Assembly: GCA_016220175.1 (NCBI GenBank)
Contig: JACRHZ010000075.1
Coordinates: forward strand, 1 to 63,373
Direction: 5' to 3'
From: Candidatus Peregrinibacteria bacterium
GTDB taxonomy: Bacteria; Patescibacteriota; Gracilibacteria; CAIRYL01
Length of the DNA: 63,373 nt
Each line of letters begins with the position of its first letter. Within the stretch, counting starts at the first letter, position 1. The notes below the pieces were generated by a model. That model had not been told where the DNA came from. It saw nothing but the letters and a program-made list of their open reading frames with translations, and did not search any database. Positions 59,039 to 63,373 of this stretch are shown piece by piece. The translations under genes and the position numbers were made by a program.

Positions 59039-60330
59039 GAATGGCGTCTTTTTTTATGTTGAAATACGTGAGCGGTGTGATGTCCTCTATGTTTTTTTAC
59101 ATATGTCATCTTTCTCGGAATTCCGAGAAAGTCGATAAGATTTTCGTAATATTGAGGCTCGGTTGCGGGGAGAATTGTTGCGGGAATATTGAGAAGTCTC
59201 AAAATATCAACTTCTGGAAATCCAATAAGACCTTGATAAAGCCAACAAATATCTTCACCGCTCGCGAGATATTCCGACACGAGATTGTATCCGAACTCGT
59301 ACACATAATCTCTGGTAAATGAATACCCCTTCGTATTTCCGGGAGAATGAATTCCCATGAAAAATCTGCTCGCTGAGTAAAAAGCGTCTTCTTTTTCAAA
59401 TTGTAGCATTCGAAGTACTTCAAAAATTTTTACAAAATCATCGCCTTTAGCAATTCGGCTAAGAACGAGATTGGAAATATTCATGTCGAAATCTTCCGCA
59501 ACATGAAAAAATTTTTTCATCATGGAAACTTCGCGATACATTGCAATTCCTTCATCGAGAGTGAGAAATCCCTTTGTTCCTTCTTCGAGAATTTGGTACG
59601 GCGAAAAGACAGCATTTGCTCTTTTGAGCGCATGACCTTCAATCTCATGGAAAAATAAGGAAAGTGCTTCAAATGGGTCGAGCAAGGTGTTTTTTGGGAT
59701 TTGAAAGTAAATCGCCTCTCCGCCCATGCTGACATTTGGAATGATATTGTCATCGCCGATTTCAATATTCACGGTAATTCCAAATTTTTTGGTGTAATAC
59801 TGCATCGCTTTTTTCAGAAAAGCAGTAAATTTTTCTGCATCAAGTGGTTCGAGTTTATCATTCGCGTAGGGAAGATCGTCAAAAGCTTTCTTTTTCGAAG
59901 TGATTTTTTGCCGAATATCCGAAAATAGTCGCGCTTCGAGGAGGGTATCTACTATTGTCGGTCTGCCGTAAATTTTTGAACTGTACCGGTAAAACTCAGC
60001 GTCGTCTTTTTTGAGAAACGCGAGGAGCATATGATATGAATCGAAAATATCATCAATTGCTCGCATGTAGAGGAGAAGAAGAGCCTTATCCATTTTGGAT
60101 CTCAAAATCTGCTCTCGAATGTTCTGAACTTCGGTTATCCATCTTTGCACTTCAGTTTTTGAAAATGGACACTCAAATTTAAAATACGGCGCCTTTTTTG
60201 GGTTTTTCAAAAACTGATCACAGGCTTTTTCGAGATTTGTAGGAGCAAAATATCCAATAATATCGAAATTGTGTTTTTCGATCATTTTTGCAAAGCGAAG
60301 ATCGCGTTTTTTGATATGGCGGAGTTTCAT
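59035..60330 (-). CDS. DUF1704 / QEGLA-motif putative metallopeptidase
   Basis: HEIEGH zinc-type motif followed by LDEGIAMY (QEGLA-like). 431 aa. Overlaps the ABC exporter start by 4 nt. Confidence 0.6.
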   Translation of the reverse strand: MKLRHIKKRDLRFAKMIEKHNFDIIGYFAPTNLEKACDQFLKNPKKAPYFKFECPFSKTEVQRWITEVQNIREQILRSKMDKALLLLYMRAIDDIFDSYHMLLAFLKKDDAEFYRYSSKIYGRPTIVDTLLEARLFSDIRQKITSKKKAFDDLPYANDKLEPLDAEKFTAFLKKAMQYYTKKFGITVNIEIGDDNIIPNVSMGGEAIYFQIPKNTLLDPFEALSLFFHEIEGHALKRANAVFSPYQILEEGTKGFLTLDEGIAMYREVSMMKKFFHVAEDFDMNISNLVLSRIAKGDDFVKIFEVLRMLQFEKEDAFYSASRFFMGIHSPGNTKGYSFTRDYVYEFGYNLVSEYLASGEDICWLYQGLIGFPEVDILRLLNIPATILPATEPQYYENLIDFLGIPRKMTYVKKHRGHHTAHVFQHKKRRHS

Positions 60331-60475
60331 GCAAAAAGTAATGAATTTTTCCAGACATTATATCATATTTACGCGCTTAAGAACAGTGCGAAACACATTT
60401 CAAAGGAAAATACACACGCCGAAACAGGCGTCCAATAAAAATTAGACGCCCGCTTCTTTTTTTGAGGAAACGACA

Positions 60476-60688
60476 TTAAACTGCGAACGTCGCAGGTCCT
60501 CTATGCTTAATTTTCGCCACTCTAGCCGTAGCACGTCGTGCAACTCCTCGAGCGGAAGCATGGCCTCTTTTCGCAACAGCGCGACCTGCACGAGATGTTT
60601 TTGCTGCTCTCCGAACAGAACGAGCGGCAACTTTACCTCGACGAGAAAGAACTCTGGCTTTTTTGCCAGCATAACTTTTCCTTTTCAT
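60476..60688 (-). CDS. small Arg/Ala/Lys-rich basic protein (possible nucleic-acid binder)
   Basis: 70 aa from MKRKSYAGKKARV.... A locally GC-rich ORF inside an AT-rich spacer. No family recognised. Confidence 0.4.
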   Translation of the reverse strand: MKRKSYAGKKARVLSRRGKVAARSVRRAAKTSRAGRAVAKRGHASARGVARRATARVAKIKHRGPATFAV

Positions 60689-61423
60689 AATGAAAGGATA
60701 AAAGAATAAAAAACGATGGTGTATATTTGTTTTTCCATCGAACTTATAATAACACAATTTCACCAAAAGATCAAACGTATTTTGAAAAATTTTTCTTAAA
60801 CAAAAAAACTCGAACTACTACAACATTTTGTGAACAACTCACAAAACAATCATAACAACTTCGAGTTTCTTTTTCTTATCGAAAAAATACACTTCGTGAT
60901 TTTTTCGTAGGTTCCTGAAAAAAAGAAAAACTATTTTTTCTTTTTTGACACTTTCTTCCTCCTTTTTGCTACTTTCTTTACTTTCTTCTTCGTTTTTTTC
61001 TTTGCCGCCATATTGTGGGGGGATAAAAATAAAAAAAATTGATCCTTAAAATTGAATCAACTTGTGTGTGATTGTATTCAACATTTTTTTTCAAAGCAAC
61101 AAAAAGAGATGGACAGGATGCGCTTCGTGCAGAAGAATATTTTTTTATTTCAAAATTTATTTCAAAAATATTTTTTTAGAATTCTTGGGATGCAAGTAAG
61201 AATCTAGTGAAAATCATTTTCTGTTTTTCAGAAGAAGAAAAAATATTTTATTAGAAAAAATTTTTCATCAATAAGAAAAAATAATAAATATTTTATTATT
61301 TTATTTTTTTACAATCAAAAAAATAAAATTTAATGTATTCTTGTGTTAATACATAAAAACAATCTCGAGGAATACTTTCGGGAATATTTTTTTAAGTTAC
61401 ATATATCGACATGATTTTTTTGA

Positions 61424-63169
61424 TCACGTATTATCCATCACTGCTCCTGTATCTGCACTCTGGACATGCTCCGCATATCTTCCGAGCCATCCTTTTTTCA
61501 CCTTTTTTTCAAACGCCGGAAGTTTTTTCAGTCGGAGAGCGATGTCCTTCTCCGAAACTTTCAAATTCATCGTTCGTGCCGCTACATCAATTTCAATAAT
61601 GTCTCCATCTTGAATTGCCGAAATTGGTCCTCTTGCTGCGGCTTCTGGAGAAATATGTCCAATGCAGAGTCCACGCGTTCCCCCGGAAAATCTTCCATCA
61701 GTAATGAGTGCAGCGCGAATCCCTCTTCCTTTGAGTGCAGACGTTGGAGAAAGCATTTCCTGCATCCCCGGACCGCCTCGGGGTCCTTCATACCTGATCA
61801 CCACGACATCTCCATCGGAAACTTTGCCATCCAGAATTGCTCGAAGTGCCTCCTCCTCAGAATCATAACACACGGCTTTTCCACTGTACTCCATCATGTC
61901 AGGCTCCACGCCGGCAGTTTTTACGACTGCTCCATTCGGCGCAATATTGCCATGAAGAATTGCGAGGCCTCCTTTTTCAGAAAACACATTTTTCCCGGTG
62001 CGAATGATATCTTCGTCGGCATCTGGCGCAGATTCCACAATCTCCCGCAGCGAGCCTGCACAGGTTTTGAGATCTAAATTGAGTGGTGCTCTCCCATCTT
62101 TCAATATTGCTTTGAGAATTGCCGGAATTCCTCCGACTCGATGTACATCTTCTACATGCACATCTGGTCTGGAAGGCGAAACTTTGCAAACATTCGGTGT
62201 TATGTTTGAAAGCTCATCAATTCGTTTTAAATCATATTTGATTCCAGTTTCGTGAGCGAGCGCGAGCGTATGGAGCACGGTATTTGTCGAGCCGCCCATT
62301 GCAAGATCGAGAATAAAGGCATTGTCAATTGCGGCTTCGGTCACGATATCGCACGGACGAATGTTATTTTTCAAAACATATTCCACCGTATCGGTAGCTT
62401 TTTTGATCAGTTCAATGCGTTCTGGATTTACTTCCCACGTCATTTTTTCTCTATCAGTCCAACGCGCCGCGGGAATACTTCCATTCCCAGGAAGAGCGAG
62501 TCCGATGGCTTCGGCAAGACAATTCATAGAATTTGCGGTAAACATGCCGCTGCAACTTCCACATGTGCGACAAGCCTCTGATGCGAGTTTTGTAAGGTCA
62601 TCTTCGTTCATTTTATGAGCGGCATTTTTTCCCACGCCCTCAAACACCGTGATGAGATCGGATTTATTTTTTCCTGCGAGCATGGGACCTCCGCTTACAT
62701 ATACAGAAGGAACGTTCAGCCTCACCATTGCATTTAACATTCCTGGGACAATTTTGTCGCAATTCCCAATGCCAATCCATGCATCGCACGGATGCGCTCC
62801 CACAATGGTTTCAATCTGATCAGTAATAAGTTCACGTGAAGGAAGAGAATACTTCATGCCAAAATGTCCCATGGCAATTCCATCATCAACCGCGCCTCCA
62901 ATATTGCAGTACCACACGTTGTATCCTTTTTGTTTCAGTTCCTGTACGATAATTTCTCCAAGTACATTCAAATGCGCATGTCCGGGAATATGTGTTGTAT
63001 ACGAATTCACCACTGTTATAAATTGTTTTTTTCGATCAGAAATTTTCTGGAGTACTCCAGCCGCCATCATAAGCGATGCTGCCGGAAGCGTATGAATTCC
63101 TTCCCCGACAATTCTGCTTCCGCGCTTTTGAATATCTGCAAAGCCTTTGTTGATAGGATCATGGGACAT
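61424..63169 (-). CDS. ilvD: dihydroxy-acid dehydratase
   Basis: NCDKIVPGM, SGGPM, CGSCSGMFTANSMN, and DGRFSGGT. Start set at MSHDPINKG (63169). Confidence 0.95.
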   Translation of the reverse strand: MSHDPINKGFADIQKRGSRIVGEGIHTLPAASLMMAAGVLQKISDRKKQFITVVNSYTTHIPGHAHLNVLGEIIVQELKQKGYNVWYCNIGGAVDDGIAMGHFGMKYSLPSRELITDQIETIVGAHPCDAWIGIGNCDKIVPGMLNAMVRLNVPSVYVSGGPMLAGKNKSDLITVFEGVGKNAAHKMNEDDLTKLASEACRTCGSCSGMFTANSMNCLAEAIGLALPGNGSIPAARWTDREKMTWEVNPERIELIKKATDTVEYVLKNNIRPCDIVTEAAIDNAFILDLAMGGSTNTVLHTLALAHETGIKYDLKRIDELSNITPNVCKVSPSRPDVHVEDVHRVGGIPAILKAILKDGRAPLNLDLKTCAGSLREIVESAPDADEDIIRTGKNVFSEKGGLAILHGNIAPNGAVVKTAGVEPDMMEYSGKAVCYDSEEEALRAILDGKVSDGDVVVIRYEGPRGGPGMQEMLSPTSALKGRGIRAALITDGRFSGGTRGLCIGHISPEAAARGPISAIQDGDIIEIDVAARTMNLKVSEKDIALRLKKLPAFEKKVKKGWLGRYAEHVQSADTGAVMDNT

Positions 63170-63264
63170 GCGATGTCTTCGAAAGTAATACAGAAAGTGA
63201 TGATATTCTACGGAGCTCCCATGAAAAGTAAATAAGGAAAATTCAAGGATTATAAGCACCACCC

Positions 63265-63373
63265 CTAGAGGAGATCAGAAATGACTTCATTTGGAGTACG
63301 ATATCGAAGTGATTTTCTTGGTCTGTCGTTGAGTTTTTCTTGTACTGCATAGATTTTTTCTTCTGATACTTTG
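63265..63373 (-). mobile_element. IS30-family transposase, C-terminal 36 codons (ORF enters from the right edge)
   Basis: Hand translation gives ...KVSEEKIYAVQEKLNDRPRKSLRYRTPNEVISDLL*. LN-RPRK-L-Y-TP-EV is the IS30 C-terminal signature. Confidence 0.6.

Overview
AT-rich, tightly packed bacterial chromosome segment using the standard genetic code (TGA, TAA and TAG all end conserved genes). All product calls come from motif recognition by eye. No database search was run. Most of the window is housekeeping: aspS, eno, uvrC, rlmN, rlmH, glyA, pyrC, pyrB, recA, tgt, proS, proC, pilT, prmC, ilvB, ilvD, purF, tsaD, rpiB, rpe and mutY. Several archaeal-type or unusual enzymes are also present: an archaeal-type PEP carboxylase, an archaeal-type NMN adenylyltransferase, a SET-domain protein, a SemiSWEET and a tryptophanase-like lyase. 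The gene content and the insertions inside conserved proteins suggest a small-genome uncultured lineage, possibly CPR/Patescibacteria-like (inference only). No rRNA genes and no CRISPR array were seen. The clearest accessory island lies at about 28.9-32.7 kb, between a urea-transporter gene and tgt. It holds an atypical 71-nt tRNA-like gene, an IS110-family element with a long structured 5' non-coding arm (candidate bridge RNA), a solo copy of the IS110 3' end, 38-bp direct repeats, and a free-standing group-II-intron-like reverse transcriptase. The reverse transcriptase is preceded by about 330 nt of GC-enriched, stem-loop-dense non-coding sequence. This RT plus ncRNA module is my top candidate for an undescribed system. 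Several repeat systems are also present. A RAYT-type tyrosine transposase occurs with GTAG-headed REP hairpins, some inserted in frame into uvrC, mutY and the RAYT gene itself. A GIY-YIG gene is flanked by perfect 32-bp inverted repeats. A TGTCGACG hairpin family occurs four times. Dispersed heptamer-periodic palindromic arrays sit at many gene ends. Other accessory items are two RelE/ParE toxin-antitoxin pairs, a HEPN (AbiU2-like) ORF and an IS30 transposase fragment at the right edge.
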